This document shows positions 9,420 to 19,572 of a DNA stretch of 64,000 nucleotides, piece after piece (the first letter of the stretch is position 1; each line of letters opens with the position of its first letter). This DNA comes from Oscillospiraceae bacterium. GTDB lineage: Bacteria > Bacillota > Clostridia > Oscillospirales > CAG-272. The notes beneath the pieces were generated by a model that made no database searches, was not told the DNA's origin, and saw nothing but the letters and a program-made list of their open reading frames with translations. The stretch lies in NCBI GenBank assembly GCA_015064255.1, contig SVSP01000009.1, forward strand, positions 4,062-68,061, written 5' to 3'. The translations under genes were made by a program, and so were the position numbers.

Positions 9420-10193
9420 TTAAAGCGAAATAAGTGCGCAAACTGCATTGTGGTCGGAATAATATTGACCGTTTACCGGAATATCCTCTACGACATAGGA
9501 TTTCTCGCAACAGGCATCTGTGAAAATATAGTCAATCTTTACGGGATTATCTGCAATACGTCCGAAATTATGGAAGGTTCCGCTGAGATCTGACGTACAG
9601 TCATATGCACCGCGATATGCAAGAGCCGATGTGATAAGCTTTATTTCGGGGCTTTCGGGAAGTGCGTTAAAATCACCCGTCATAACAAATTTTTCGCTGT
9701 ATCCTGAAATGAGCTGTACTATTTCCATAGCTCCGAGATAGCGTGCCTGCGCGCCCTGATGATCGAGATGCGTGTTTATAAATCTGAAAGGCTCTTCAAC
9801 TTCATTATGCTTGAGAAGCACGCTGGTAAGCATACGGGGGCAAGAGCTCTGATCTCCGCCGAAATTCGATCCCGGAATCTTCGGTGTCGGAGAAAGCCAT
9901 ATATTATCAAGTGATATAAGTTCAACGTCGCTTGTGCGGTATGCTATGAGCATAGATTCACCGTGATATTTTTTATCGCGACCGCAGCCTTGAACGGTAT
10001 ATCCGTCGAGATTTTCGCGAAGTCGTGTACGCATACTGTCTATAACTTCTTGAAATCCGATAACGTCGGGTTTTTCCTTATTTATAACATCAAGTACTCT
10101 TTCGAAACGGTTTGTGAACGAGTTTATGCCGTCACCCGTTACGTCAACGCGAAGATTAAACGTCATAAATTTGAGAAGCTTTTTGTTTTCCAT
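9420..10193 (-). CDS. endonuclease/exonuclease/phosphatase (EEP) family protein
   Basis: MTFNLRVD..., GFQEV, SDHNAV terminal motif typical of the EEP fold. Confidence 0.75.
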   Translation of the reverse strand: MENKKLLKFMTFNLRVDVTGDGINSFTNRFERVLDVINKEKPDVIGFQEVIDSMRTRLRENLDGYTVQGCGRDKKYHGESMLIAYRTSDVELISLDNIWLSPTPKIPGSNFGGDQSSCPRMLTSVLLKHNEVEEPFRFINTHLDHQGAQARYLGAMEIVQLISGYSEKFVMTGDFNALPESPEIKLITSALAYRGAYDCTSDLSGTFHNFGRIADNPVKIDYIFTDACCEKSYVVEDIPVNGQYYSDHNAVCALISL

Positions 10194-10223
10194 TATTAAA
10201 CATCCTTTCTGTTTTTAAGTTGA

Positions 10224-11552
10224 TTATTTGTTTTTGAGAACAACGAAGGTATTCGGTTTCATAGTTATATTCAACCTATTGTCGCTTTGTGTATCGGTGA
10301 GAGTATAGTCGTGACCGTCATCGACTGTATATATTTCGGTTATTTCGCCGTCATATCCGTCAAGATCAATCGTGAGTGTTTTATCTTCCTTGCCATCTTC
10401 ATCGGTATAATAGCTTATGATAAGTGCTTTTTTGCCATCATCGTTTTTAGCACCAACAACGTAGATATCGTCATCGTCACTCGTTGTTTCTACCTCTGTT
10501 CCAAGCTCGTAAATATCTGCAAAAGCGTATATGGAATAATATCCCTTTATCGGATACCAGGTATAGAAATCCCAAAGACCGTTCATAGCGCAGGGTGATG
10601 CATCGTAATACATCATCATATCTATGCCAGCCTTCTGACCTTCGCACATACAAGCGACATTAAACGCCGCACCCTTAAGACTTATCATCGTAAGAATACT
10701 GTTTATCCAATCTTCACCCCAGCTCTTAACGTAGTTCCACTCGTTAAGGTGGCTTTCCGAATCGGCGTATCCCGCTTTATCAAGCTTTTCTCTTACTATT
10801 TTTGCTCGGTCTACGATCTTCTTCGGATTACTTCCGTACCAATGCCACGAGAAAAAGTCTATCGGAACTTTTTTACCGTTTTCGGTCATATGCTTAAGGA
10901 ATTTATCAAGCCACGCGCCCGTATTATGAGCTATGGCAGGTCCGCCTATCATAAGATCGGGAAAGCATTTTTTCAGATGCACAGCCGCGGTTTCATAGAA
11001 CTCGTAAAACTGCGCGTCCGTTCCGCTCCAGCACTTTCTGAGGTGCGACGGAACGTCTTCTTTATCGAGATCGGGTTCGTTCCATATCTCCCAATATTTA
11101 ATGCCGTAATAAAAACCGTTCGCCCAGCCGCAGTTATAGTGTCTTATAATATGCTCACATATTACTGCCCATTTTTTAAAATCCTTCGGTACTATAGTCC
11201 TGTGCTTCATCACCTGATGCTCTATTCGCTCTCCAAGACGGTAAAAGGTTTCCGTACCCGCCTCTTGTACACGCTGTACATAAACGTCGGTTACTGCGAA
11301 AGAATAGCTTGAAGGATCATACGGGTTTGCATCGAAATCGCGGAATATAGAATGAATATCGACTACAAATTCTCCGCCGTAATCTATCCATTCCGAAGCA
11401 TCGTGTGTTCTCGCATACGGTATTCTTGCCGCTTTATAGGTTTCGAAATTACTTCTCTTCTGCGAGCCGATGCCTACAAGAGGTCCGTTATTTACACAGT
11501 GCTGCGGCTTGATTTTTCTGACAACATTATCAAAATTTACGTTTATATTCAT
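10224..11552 (-). CDS. GH39-like clan GH-A glycoside hydrolase (paralog 1)
   Basis: PKDFKKWAVICEHIIRHYN..., IKYWEIWNEPD, LMIGGPAIA, IDFFSWHWY and LNEWN line up with motifs I recall from GH39 beta-xylosidase XynB. Confidence 0.65.
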   Translation of the reverse strand: MNINVNFDNVVRKIKPQHCVNNGPLVGIGSQKRSNFETYKAARIPYARTHDASEWIDYGGEFVVDIHSIFRDFDANPYDPSSYSFAVTDVYVQRVQEAGTETFYRLGERIEHQVMKHRTIVPKDFKKWAVICEHIIRHYNCGWANGFYYGIKYWEIWNEPDLDKEDVPSHLRKCWSGTDAQFYEFYETAAVHLKKCFPDLMIGGPAIAHNTGAWLDKFLKHMTENGKKVPIDFFSWHWYGSNPKKIVDRAKIVREKLDKAGYADSESHLNEWNYVKSWGEDWINSILTMISLKGAAFNVACMCEGQKAGIDMMMYYDASPCAMNGLWDFYTWYPIKGYYSIYAFADIYELGTEVETTSDDDDIYVVGAKNDDGKKALIISYYTDEDGKEDKTLTIDLDGYDGEITEIYTVDDGHDYTLTDTQSDNRLNITMKPNTFVVLKNK

Positions 11553-11573
11553 AGATAACTCCTAAAGTCAACA

Positions 11574-12920
11574 TTATTCCTGTTTTCTGAATTTTATAAG
11601 ATAAGTACTGTAAAGAGGGATATCAAGTATAATAGAGTATGAATCTCCGGTGAATTTTTCTTTACGCGAAAGCTTCATATCGTGCGTATCATCAAGCAGA
11701 TAATACTCGACCGTAACACCTTCTTTCGAAGCGAAATTATCAATATTTATACTTACCTCCACCGAGTCGGCATTATCGTCTTCGCTGTAATTTGATATCA
11801 TAAGAGCCGCTTCGTTTCCGTTTACTGCAGCACAGGCATATATCGGATTTTTATTTTCGTCAATATTTACGCAGTTTCCAAGCTTATAAAGCTCGTTGAA
11901 CATTTTGAACGGATAATAACCTTTAAGACAATCGCTCATAATATCCATACGGAACATTCCGTTCATAATATGAGGTGCCGCGCTGTAATACATAAGCATA
12001 TCTGCTTTTTCATATTGGCAGATACACATTGTACTTGCATAAAAGGCTGCGCCCTTGATTTCTTTCATTTTTCTGAGAGAATATACCCAATCTTCGTCAA
12101 ACCAGCTTCGAACGTAGTTCCATTCGTCAAGGATATTTTCGGTTTCGGTACAGCCCGCTTCATCAAGAAGATTCTGAATCGTATTTATTCTTTCAACGAT
12201 CTTTTCGGGTGTACTTGCATAGCTGTGATATGAGAAAAAGTCGGGCTTTATCTTGACCTGCGTGAGAAATTCCTTTACCCACTTCATATCCCAGGCAATA
12301 GACGGTCCGCCTATTTTAAGATTCGGGAAACATTCTTTGAGATGTGTACTTGCCACGTTGTAGAAATCGAAAAATTCCTGTCTTGTTCCCGTCCACTGAA
12401 CCTTTTTTTCAAGAGGTCTGCTTTCGATTTCATCGGGTTGATTCCATATTTCCCAATATTCGATATTAAAATGGAATCCGTCCGCCCAGCCTTCGTTGTA
12501 ATGACGAATTATATGCTCACAGATAACTGCCCATTTTTTAAAATCCTTAGGCGGGAATATTTCATACTTTTTGGGAAGATGCTCGATTGAAGAGCCGAGT
12601 CGAAAAAAAGGCTTTGCACCCGACTCAAGTATAACCTTAACGTATTCGTCTGTTATACGGAAGTCGTACGAAGCGGGATCGTTTTCATCTTTATCAAAAT
12701 CGGGGAACATCGCGCTTATATCACCGCAGTGCGCTCCGCCGTAAGTAATACATTCAATACAGTCGTGAAGTCTTGCATAAGGTATTCCCGCCTCTCTGAA
12801 GCTTTCCATATTTGATACTCTCTGCTCGGGAAAATATTTATGCGCAGGTCCGTTATTGGTCGCGTGCATAGGTTTTATCTTACCGATAATTCGACCAAAA
12901 TCAATATTAACATTATACAT
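11574..12920 (-). CDS. GH39-like clan GH-A glycoside hydrolase (paralog 2)
   Basis: Same motif set (PKDFKKWAVICEHIIRHYNEGWADGF, IEYWEIWNQPD, LKIGGPSIA, PDFFSYHSY, LDEWNY). Start at MYNVNIDFG with an AGGAGG RBS. Confidence 0.65.
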   Translation of the reverse strand: MYNVNIDFGRIIGKIKPMHATNNGPAHKYFPEQRVSNMESFREAGIPYARLHDCIECITYGGAHCGDISAMFPDFDKDENDPASYDFRITDEYVKVILESGAKPFFRLGSSIEHLPKKYEIFPPKDFKKWAVICEHIIRHYNEGWADGFHFNIEYWEIWNQPDEIESRPLEKKVQWTGTRQEFFDFYNVASTHLKECFPNLKIGGPSIAWDMKWVKEFLTQVKIKPDFFSYHSYASTPEKIVERINTIQNLLDEAGCTETENILDEWNYVRSWFDEDWVYSLRKMKEIKGAAFYASTMCICQYEKADMLMYYSAAPHIMNGMFRMDIMSDCLKGYYPFKMFNELYKLGNCVNIDENKNPIYACAAVNGNEAALMISNYSEDDNADSVEVSINIDNFASKEGVTVEYYLLDDTHDMKLSRKEKFTGDSYSIILDIPLYSTYLIKFRKQE

Positions 12921-13084
12921 ACCAAACCCTCCTTTAACACAGGTAAAAGCGTATAATTTCATTTTAATTTTACCACGACCAAAATATTTGTCAATAGATT
13001 TTTATTTTTTTTTGATAAAAAGGGTGACATCGTGAAAAAAATGATGTATAATATAAAAAATAAACTTCAGAAAGGTTTTCTGCT

Positions 13085-15595
13085 ATGCCAAAACTTCTTG
13101 CCGTTGACGGCAACAGTATTTTAAACCGTCAATTTTACGGTATAAGACCGCTTACCAACTCCGCAGGAGTATATACCCAGGCTGTTTACGGATTTCTTAA
13201 CGTATTATTTTCTCAGCTTGAAAATTTAAAGCCAGATTACGTTGCCGTGGCTTTTGATCTTAAATCACCCACGTTCCGCCATAAATTTTATCCCGAATAC
13301 AAGGCAGGGAGACACGCTATGCCGCCCGAGCTTGCTATGCAGTTTCCTTATGCAAAGAAATGTATATCCGCGCTCGGAATAAAAGTCATAGAGCTTGAAG
13401 GATACGAGGCAGACGACATTCTCGGAACATTATCTCGTATGGCAGAGGAAACTTCGGCAGAAGCATATCTTCTTACCGGTGACCGCGACAGCTATCAGCT
13501 TATAAGCGACAAAACGACAATTCTTTACGCTTCAAATCAGAGCACTCTTCCCTTCACCGAAAAAGAATTTTGCGAGAAATATACTATAAAGCCGAGTCAG
13601 TTCGTTGATCTTAAGGCTCTCATGGGCGACAGCTCGGACAACATACCCGGTGTTGCGGGAATCGGAGAAAAAACTGCTATCAAGCTGATATCCACCTGCG
13701 GAACACTTGACAAGCTGTATGAAGATCTTTCGGCTTCGGGCGTTTCGGCAAAGATACAGGAAAAGCTCCTTTCGGGAAAAGACAACGCATATATGTCAAG
13801 AAAGCTTGCCGAGATCGAAAGAAACGCTCCGCTTGGATTTACGCTCGACGATATTATCCCCGCACCGAAGAATATTCCGGCACTTAAAGATCTTTTTGCC
13901 GAGCTTGAATTCTCCGCTTTTGCAAAGAAGATACTTGAAGAAAGCGAAGTAGCTTCCGAAAAGCGCGAATTTACCTCGATTTCTGCTCTTGAGCTTATAA
14001 CTCTTCCTTATGAAAATCCGACTTCTGTTATTCTTGACGAAAGCACGTTGTTTGTAAAGATTTCGGACAAGGCGTATTCCTGCGAATTCAGCGAAATTTC
14101 GCAGATACTTCCCTTTTTTGAAGACGAAAACCGTTCTTTTACCGTTTACGACATAAAAGAGCTTCTTCACACGCTTTATCCTTCAAACGAAGAGATTCCC
14201 GTTAAGATAAGATGTGATTTTGATATTCTTCTTGCTGCTTACGTACTCAGTCCGTCGGACGGCTCTTACGATATTTCACGCCTTTCAAACGCATATCTCG
14301 GAAAGATTCTCGAAAGCGATGTAGATGCCATCAAGCCTCTTGCATACGAAATGAAAAAGAAGCTCGAAGAGTCTGATATGCTCGGACTTTATGAGGATAT
14401 CGAGATTCCTCTTGCACTCGTACTCTTTGAAATGGAACGCCGCGGATTTGCGCTTGATATTCAAAGTCTTAAGGATTTTTCTGTCGCACTTGACGAGGCT
14501 GTTCAGTCTCTCTCTCAGATGATATACGAAACGGTCGGACACGAGTTCAATATAAACTCTCCCAAGCAGCTCGGAGTCGCGCTCTTTGACGAGCTTTCGC
14601 TTCCCACCTTCAAGAAAACGCAAGGCGGATATTCTACAAGTGCCGAGGTACTTGAAAAGCTTCGTCCGTATCATCCGATAATAGATATGATACTGAATTA
14701 CAGACAGGTTGCAAAGCTCAAATCTACCTATGCAGACGGTCTTTTAAAGGTAGTTGACGATGACGGAAGAGTCCGTACAAAGTTCAGACAAACTGTTGCG
14801 GCAACCGGACGCCTTTCCTCAATAGAGCCTAATCTTCAGAACATTCCCGTGCGTACCGAGCTTGGACGCGAAATGAGAAGGTGCTTTGTCGCGCGTGAGG
14901 GTTACACTCTCGTGGATGCAGACTACTCGCAAATTGAGCTTCGTCTTCTCGCGGCTATCTCGGGCGACAAAAATATGTGCGATGCATTCAGACGCGAAAT
15001 CGACATTCACACAGTTACCGCATCACAGGTGTTTAATGTTCCCGAAAACGAGGTGACCTCCGAGCTTCGCAAGCGCGCAAAGGCGGTAAACTTCGGTATA
15101 GTTTACGGTATCGGCGACTTTTCACTTGCAAATGATATCGGCGTTTCCAAAAAGGAAGCGGGCGAATATATAAAGAATTATAAAGCTACCTACAGGGGCG
15201 TTGCCGATTACCTTGAAAAGACGATAGAGAGTGCCTACGCCGACGGATACGTTGTTACGATGTTCGGACGCAGAAGATATATTCCCGAGCTTGCCTCACC
15301 CAAGGCTATGATGAAAAAATTCGGTGAGCGCGTTGCTATGAACAGTCCTATTCAAGGCTCTGCCGCCGACATTATCAAGCTCGCTATGATAAACGTCGAA
15401 AAAGCGCTGAGTGAAAGCGGACTCGATGCAAAGCTTATTTTGCAGATACACGACGAACTTATCGTCGAAGCCGCCGAAAAGGATGCCGCGCAGGTAAAGG
15501 AAATACTCGTATCCGAGATGGAAAACGCCGTGAAGCTTTCCGTTCCCCTCTCTGTTGAGGCATCTATCGGAAAATCGTGGTTTGAGTGTAAGTAA
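13085..15595 (+). CDS. polA: DNA polymerase I
   Basis: 836 aa. 5-prime nuclease N-terminus (LLAVDGNSILNRQFY, GDSSDNIPGVAGIGEKTA). Pol A motifs DYSQIELR, RRRAKAVNFGIVYG-like (KRAKAVNFGIVYG), QIHDELI. Confidence 0.95.
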   Translation: MPKLLAVDGNSILNRQFYGIRPLTNSAGVYTQAVYGFLNVLFSQLENLKPDYVAVAFDLKSPTFRHKFYPEYKAGRHAMPPELAMQFPYAKKCISALGIKVIELEGYEADDILGTLSRMAEETSAEAYLLTGDRDSYQLISDKTTILYASNQSTLPFTEKEFCEKYTIKPSQFVDLKALMGDSSDNIPGVAGIGEKTAIKLISTCGTLDKLYEDLSASGVSAKIQEKLLSGKDNAYMSRKLAEIERNAPLGFTLDDIIPAPKNIPALKDLFAELEFSAFAKKILEESEVASEKREFTSISALELITLPYENPTSVILDESTLFVKISDKAYSCEFSEISQILPFFEDENRSFTVYDIKELLHTLYPSNEEIPVKIRCDFDILLAAYVLSPSDGSYDISRLSNAYLGKILESDVDAIKPLAYEMKKKLEESDMLGLYEDIEIPLALVLFEMERRGFALDIQSLKDFSVALDEAVQSLSQMIYETVGHEFNINSPKQLGVALFDELSLPTFKKTQGGYSTSAEVLEKLRPYHPIIDMILNYRQVAKLKSTYADGLLKVVDDDGRVRTKFRQTVAATGRLSSIEPNLQNIPVRTELGREMRRCFVAREGYTLVDADYSQIELRLLAAISGDKNMCDAFRREIDIHTVTASQVFNVPENEVTSELRKRAKAVNFGIVYGIGDFSLANDIGVSKKEAGEYIKNYKATYRGVADYLEKTIESAYADGYVVTMFGRRRYIPELASPKAMMKKFGERVAMNSPIQGSAADIIKLAMINVEKALSESGLDAKLILQIHDELIVEAAEKDAAQVKEILVSEMENAVKLSVPLSVEASIGKSWFECK

Positions 15596-15600
15596 AAAAA

Positions 15601-15625
15601 AGAGCAGTTCATTTTGAACTGCTCT
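15601..15625. terminator. bidirectional terminator between polA and zupT
   Basis: AGAGCAGTTC / GAACTGCTCT stem flanked by an A-run and T-rich sequence. Confidence 0.75.
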
Positions 15626-15636
15626 TAAAATTTATT

Positions 15637-16389
15637 TCACCCAAGCAAAACGTCACTTACAAGCATAATGCAAAATCCGACGAGAAGAGCGTAAGTTGCC
15701 CCTCTTTCGCTTCCGTGCGCGTGTGTTTCGGGGATCATTTCATCGCTGATTACGTAAAGCATCGTTCCGCCTGCAAATGCGAGTGCAAAGGGCAAAATTG
15801 CCGATGCGATACTTACCGCGAAATATCCGATAAGCGTTCCTACGACCTCTATAAGTCCCGTTATCATAGCTATTACAAAGGTCTTGCCCGGCTTCACGCC
15901 CGAAGCAAGCATTGGCCCGATTATTACCATACCTTCGGGAATATTCTGAAGCGCTATACCGCCCGCTATCATCAGTGCCTGTGCTGTATCACCCGAGCCG
16001 AAGCCTACGCCTGCCGCAATTCCCTCGGGAAGATTATGTATAGCGATCGCCGTAACGAAAAGAAGCACTTTACTTAAACTTGAGTCACCGTGTTCTTCAA
16101 TATCGGTACCTATAAGCTTATGAAGATGGGGTACTATTTTATCTATCACGTTAAGGCAAAGCGCACCTGCAAAAATTCCCACGATAGTTATGATAAGCTT
16201 GTATTTTCCGCCGTATTCAAGCGAAGGAAGTACAAGTCCGATAACTGCCGCCGCAAGCATAACCCCTGCCGCAAACGAGAGAACTATATCCGAAAATTTG
16301 TGAGATATCTTTTTAAAAATAAATCCTATCAGCGCGCCTATCACAGTTGCGCCGCCGACACCAAGTGCTGTTAATAATACGAGTTTCAT
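15637..16389 (-). CDS. zupT: ZIP-family divalent metal transporter
   Basis: 250 aa, 8 predicted TM segments, HNLPEGIAAG and QNIPEGM motifs typical of ZupT/ZIP. Confidence 0.85.
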   Translation of the reverse strand: MKLVLLTALGVGGATVIGALIGFIFKKISHKFSDIVLSFAAGVMLAAAVIGLVLPSLEYGGKYKLIITIVGIFAGALCLNVIDKIVPHLHKLIGTDIEEHGDSSLSKVLLFVTAIAIHNLPEGIAAGVGFGSGDTAQALMIAGGIALQNIPEGMVIIGPMLASGVKPGKTFVIAMITGLIEVVGTLIGYFAVSIASAILPFALAFAGGTMLYVISDEMIPETHAHGSERGATYALLVGFCIMLVSDVLLG

Positions 16390-16448
16390 ATTCTGTCCTT
16401 TTCCTTAATGTATTTTTATGATTTAGCTATGAAGTATTTATTACGATA

Positions 16449-17276
16449 TTATCTGTTTTGCTTACGATATACCGCCGGCGTAAGTCCTTCTTCTTCTTTG
16501 AAGACCCGGCAAAATGTTTTCGTTTCTGTAAAGCCTACGTCGTCCGATATAGAAGTAACTGTCATATCGGTTTCGGTAAGAAGCCTTTTCGCCACGCTGA
16601 TACGACGCATATTAAGTGCTTTATGAAAGCTGTTTCCCGTAATACGTTTAAATATCTTACAGAAATTGCTCTTTCCGTAACCCGTTACCGATGCGGCATC
16701 ATCTACCGTAATATCTTTTTTATAATCATAGTAGATAAGGTCAAGAGCCTTCTCAATACTTGATACCGTACGGAGATTTATACCTGTATTTTCTTCCGAG
16801 TCGGAGGGTTCATCAAGTTCTGAAAGAAGAAAAGCTGCTATTCTGTAAAAATTTGAGGATATAAGAAGACTTCCCTTGTCTGTTGCTCTTTCTTTATAAA
16901 GCTTTACCGTTTCGTCAAGAACCACCTTCAGTTCCTGTCTGTCACGTATGTTTTCATCAAGCTTTATTATCTTATACGAGAAAGAAGATTCAAAAGAAGC
17001 AAACTGTCTTTTAAGAAAACTCGTTCCAACTATTCCCGTAAGAACCAAGCGGTCCTTATTATCGGATTCGGGAAAAGAGTGCGAAACGCCCGAACCTATA
17101 AGGGATAGCTCTCCTTCGTTTATATGATAAGTCTTTTTTTCAACCGTAACGTCAAAACCGCCCTTCACGGCATACTGAAATTCTATATCTGCGTGCCTGT
17201 GATCTCCGAAAGCATACAGACGGTTCAGCATTATCTGATACGGCATATCGTCTGTGAGAATTTTCTGATATAGCAT
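16449..17276 (-). CDS. AraC-family transcriptional regulator (cupin sensor + HTH)
   Basis: C-terminal AraC HTH (GKSNFCKIFKRITGNSFHKALNMRRISVAKRLL...GFTETKTFCRVFKEEEGLTPAVYR). Start at MLYQKIL with a GGGAGAG RBS. Confidence 0.85.
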   Translation of the reverse strand: MLYQKILTDDMPYQIMLNRLYAFGDHRHADIEFQYAVKGGFDVTVEKKTYHINEGELSLIGSGVSHSFPESDNKDRLVLTGIVGTSFLKRQFASFESSFSYKIIKLDENIRDRQELKVVLDETVKLYKERATDKGSLLISSNFYRIAAFLLSELDEPSDSEENTGINLRTVSSIEKALDLIYYDYKKDITVDDAASVTGYGKSNFCKIFKRITGNSFHKALNMRRISVAKRLLTETDMTVTSISDDVGFTETKTFCRVFKEEEGLTPAVYRKQNR

Positions 17277-17393
17277 TTTTACTCTCCCGATAAATACTGT
17301 CAAGGACATTATAAACGATTATAATATACCTGTCAATACTTCGTACTGTGAATTTTTGGGTATTTTTATGGAATTACAGATGTTGATTGACGC

Positions 17394-17415
17394 ACTTCAA
17401 TATGGTAAACTTCAA
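17394..17415 (+). promoter_or_regulatory. direct repeat ACTTCAA x2, candidate AraC-type site in the divergent promoter region
   Basis: ACTTCAA at 17394-17400 and 17409-17415, next to a weak TTCAAA-18-TATAAC promoter candidate (17411-17440). Confidence 0.3.
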
Positions 17416-17465
17416 ATGTAAGTCAATGATTTACTATAACTTTATTTTACAAAAGGAGCAAAGCT

Positions 17466-18206
17466 ATGAAAGGAATTCAGTTATATACTGTCCGTAATAA
17501 TATGACCGACTCTATTTCAGCGGAAAATACGCTCAAAAAGCTTGCTGAGATGGGGTACGAAGCCGTACAGCTTTCGGGAAGTATTGAAAATGTTGAAATG
17601 ACGGCTGAGGCTTGTGCAAAGGTTAAAATGCCCTGTATCGGTATTCTCGTTGGTATAGAGATGTGTGAAAAACATACCGAAAGGCTCTTTTCCTGCGCAA
17701 GGCTTACGGGCGCAACAGACATTGGAATAAGCAGCTCTGCCAAAGATGCAGAAAGTGCAAACTACATAATTGAGCACGCAAATTCTTTTGCAAAGATCGC
17801 AAAAAACGCAGGCTATACTTTCTCCTATCACAATCACAGCAACGAGTTTATCCGCACCGAAAACGGAAAAACCGTTATGGAGCTCTTCATTGAAGGATTC
17901 GACAAAGAGCTTATCCACTTTATGCCCGACACCTACTGGTTACAGCACGGAGGCGCAGACGTTCGACACTTTATTGAAGAGCAATCGGACAGAATAAAGA
18001 TGGTTCATCTGAAGGATATGAAGCGCACGCCCGAAGGTGTAACCTTTGCCGAGCTCGGAAAAGGTAATATCTACCTTGAGGGAGTCATAAAGCTTGCGGA
18101 AAGTCTCGGAATAAACGATTTTATCGTCGAGCAGGACAAGTGCGACGGTGATCCTCTGGAATCCGCAAAGATCAGCATCGAATATCTTAAATCTATCGGA
18201 CTTTAA
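17466..18206 (+). CDS. sugar phosphate isomerase/epimerase (xylose-isomerase-like TIM barrel)
   Basis: 246 aa; HNHSNEF, HLKD and EQD motifs of the AP-endonuclease-2/xylose-isomerase-like fold. AAAGGAG RBS. Confidence 0.7.
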   Translation: MKGIQLYTVRNNMTDSISAENTLKKLAEMGYEAVQLSGSIENVEMTAEACAKVKMPCIGILVGIEMCEKHTERLFSCARLTGATDIGISSSAKDAESANYIIEHANSFAKIAKNAGYTFSYHNHSNEFIRTENGKTVMELFIEGFDKELIHFMPDTYWLQHGGADVRHFIEEQSDRIKMVHLKDMKRTPEGVTFAELGKGNIYLEGVIKLAESLGINDFIVEQDKCDGDPLESAKISIEYLKSIGL

Positions 18207-18233
18207 AGAACTTTAAAGAAAGGAACTGAAAAA

Positions 18234-19550
18234 ATGAATGAACTGTATTTAGGAGTTGCAAGAAAAGTTATAACCCCCGAGGTCGGATGTACCCTTATGG
18301 GATACCGCCCCGACATTTTCTCCACTTCGGTAAATGACGATCTTACCGCCACAGCTTTCGTATTCAAGCAGGGTGACACAAGTGCACTTATGATGAGCCT
18401 TACCCTCTGCTCTCTCAGAACGGATATTGCCGAAAGGATCCTTGCAAACGTTGAAAAGGAATATTCTATTCCGCGTGCAAATTCTATAATTCACACGATA
18501 CATACCCACTCCGGTCCTCGCGTAAACGGTCCCGATCCCAAGCCCGGAAGCGACGGAACAGGCGGCGGTTGGGGTGAGCTTAACGTAGAATACGTTGAAA
18601 ACATACTAATTCCTTATGTAATGGAAACAGTAAAGGAAGCTTGTGAAAATCTCGTTCCCGTTCAGATGAAGGTTTCCGTCGGAGAAAGTACCGTTGCCAT
18701 CAACCGCAGAGAACTCAACGTAGATAACCAGATAGTTCTCGGTCAGAATCCTTGGGGTCCCTTTGATCCTAAAATGACCGTTATATCATTCCTGAATGCC
18801 GATAAAAAGACTGTTGCAAACATTGTTCACTATGCCGCACACGGCACAGGCTCGGGTCCTAATCACGAAATCACACGTGACTGGGCAGGCGTTATGATAG
18901 ACGTACTCGACAGAGCGTCGGGCGGTATTACCGCATTCTTTAATGATCCCGAAGGCGACGTCGGTCCCCGTCTTTCCAACGGAAAAACAACCGGAGATCT
19001 CAGATACGCTCTTGAGCTTGGCGGAAAAGCAGCTCAGGATGCCGTAAGAATCTATAAGCAGCACAGCGGATGCACAACACCAACCCTTACTACATCGACT
19101 CAGACTATCGACGTACCTCTCGCACACAGAATTTCAAAAGAAGAAGCCGAATCAGGACGTAACTTCTACCAAGGAAAGAAGATCAATATTGCAGGAAGAA
19201 AAGCATCCTATTTCAACTGGGTACTCAAATCTTATGAGGACGGATATACCGAAATAGACAGCGTTTCCTTTCCGCAAACGATCATACGTCTCGGCGACGT
19301 TGTCTTCGTTTCCTTCCCTTACGAGCTTTTCTCTGAGGTAGGTATGAGAATTGCGCAGGCAAGCGATATTCCCTATACTCTTTCTCTTTCCATTTCAAAC
19401 GGTGCTAAAGGATACTTTGTTACCGAGGATGCAGTTCCGCGCGGCGGATATGAAGTTGAAATGTTCAAAACTTCCAATCTTCAGCCATACGTTCACGATG
19501 CAGACTTCAGACTTATGAAGGCTACTCTCGAGCATCTCAAAAAAGTTTGA
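18234..19550 (+). CDS. neutral/alkaline ceramidase-like N-terminal domain hydrolase
   Basis: VARKVITPEVGCTLMGY and IHTHSGP motifs resemble the ceramidase_alk fold seen in bacterial proteins of about 430 aa. Confidence 0.5.
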   Translation: MNELYLGVARKVITPEVGCTLMGYRPDIFSTSVNDDLTATAFVFKQGDTSALMMSLTLCSLRTDIAERILANVEKEYSIPRANSIIHTIHTHSGPRVNGPDPKPGSDGTGGGWGELNVEYVENILIPYVMETVKEACENLVPVQMKVSVGESTVAINRRELNVDNQIVLGQNPWGPFDPKMTVISFLNADKKTVANIVHYAAHGTGSGPNHEITRDWAGVMIDVLDRASGGITAFFNDPEGDVGPRLSNGKTTGDLRYALELGGKAAQDAVRIYKQHSGCTTPTLTTSTQTIDVPLAHRISKEEAESGRNFYQGKKINIAGRKASYFNWVLKSYEDGYTEIDSVSFPQTIIRLGDVVFVSFPYELFSEVGMRIAQASDIPYTLSLSISNGAKGYFVTEDAVPRGGYEVEMFKTSNLQPYVHDADFRLMKATLEHLKKV

Positions 19551-19572
19551 TAAATATACAAGGAGATAAAAT

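Noticed and set aside
13085-15595. polA is somewhat short (836 aa) and its central region lacks an obvious DxE ExoI motif.
   Set aside because: Loss of 3-prime-5-prime exonuclease residues is common in Firmicute Pol I enzymes, so this is not unusual.
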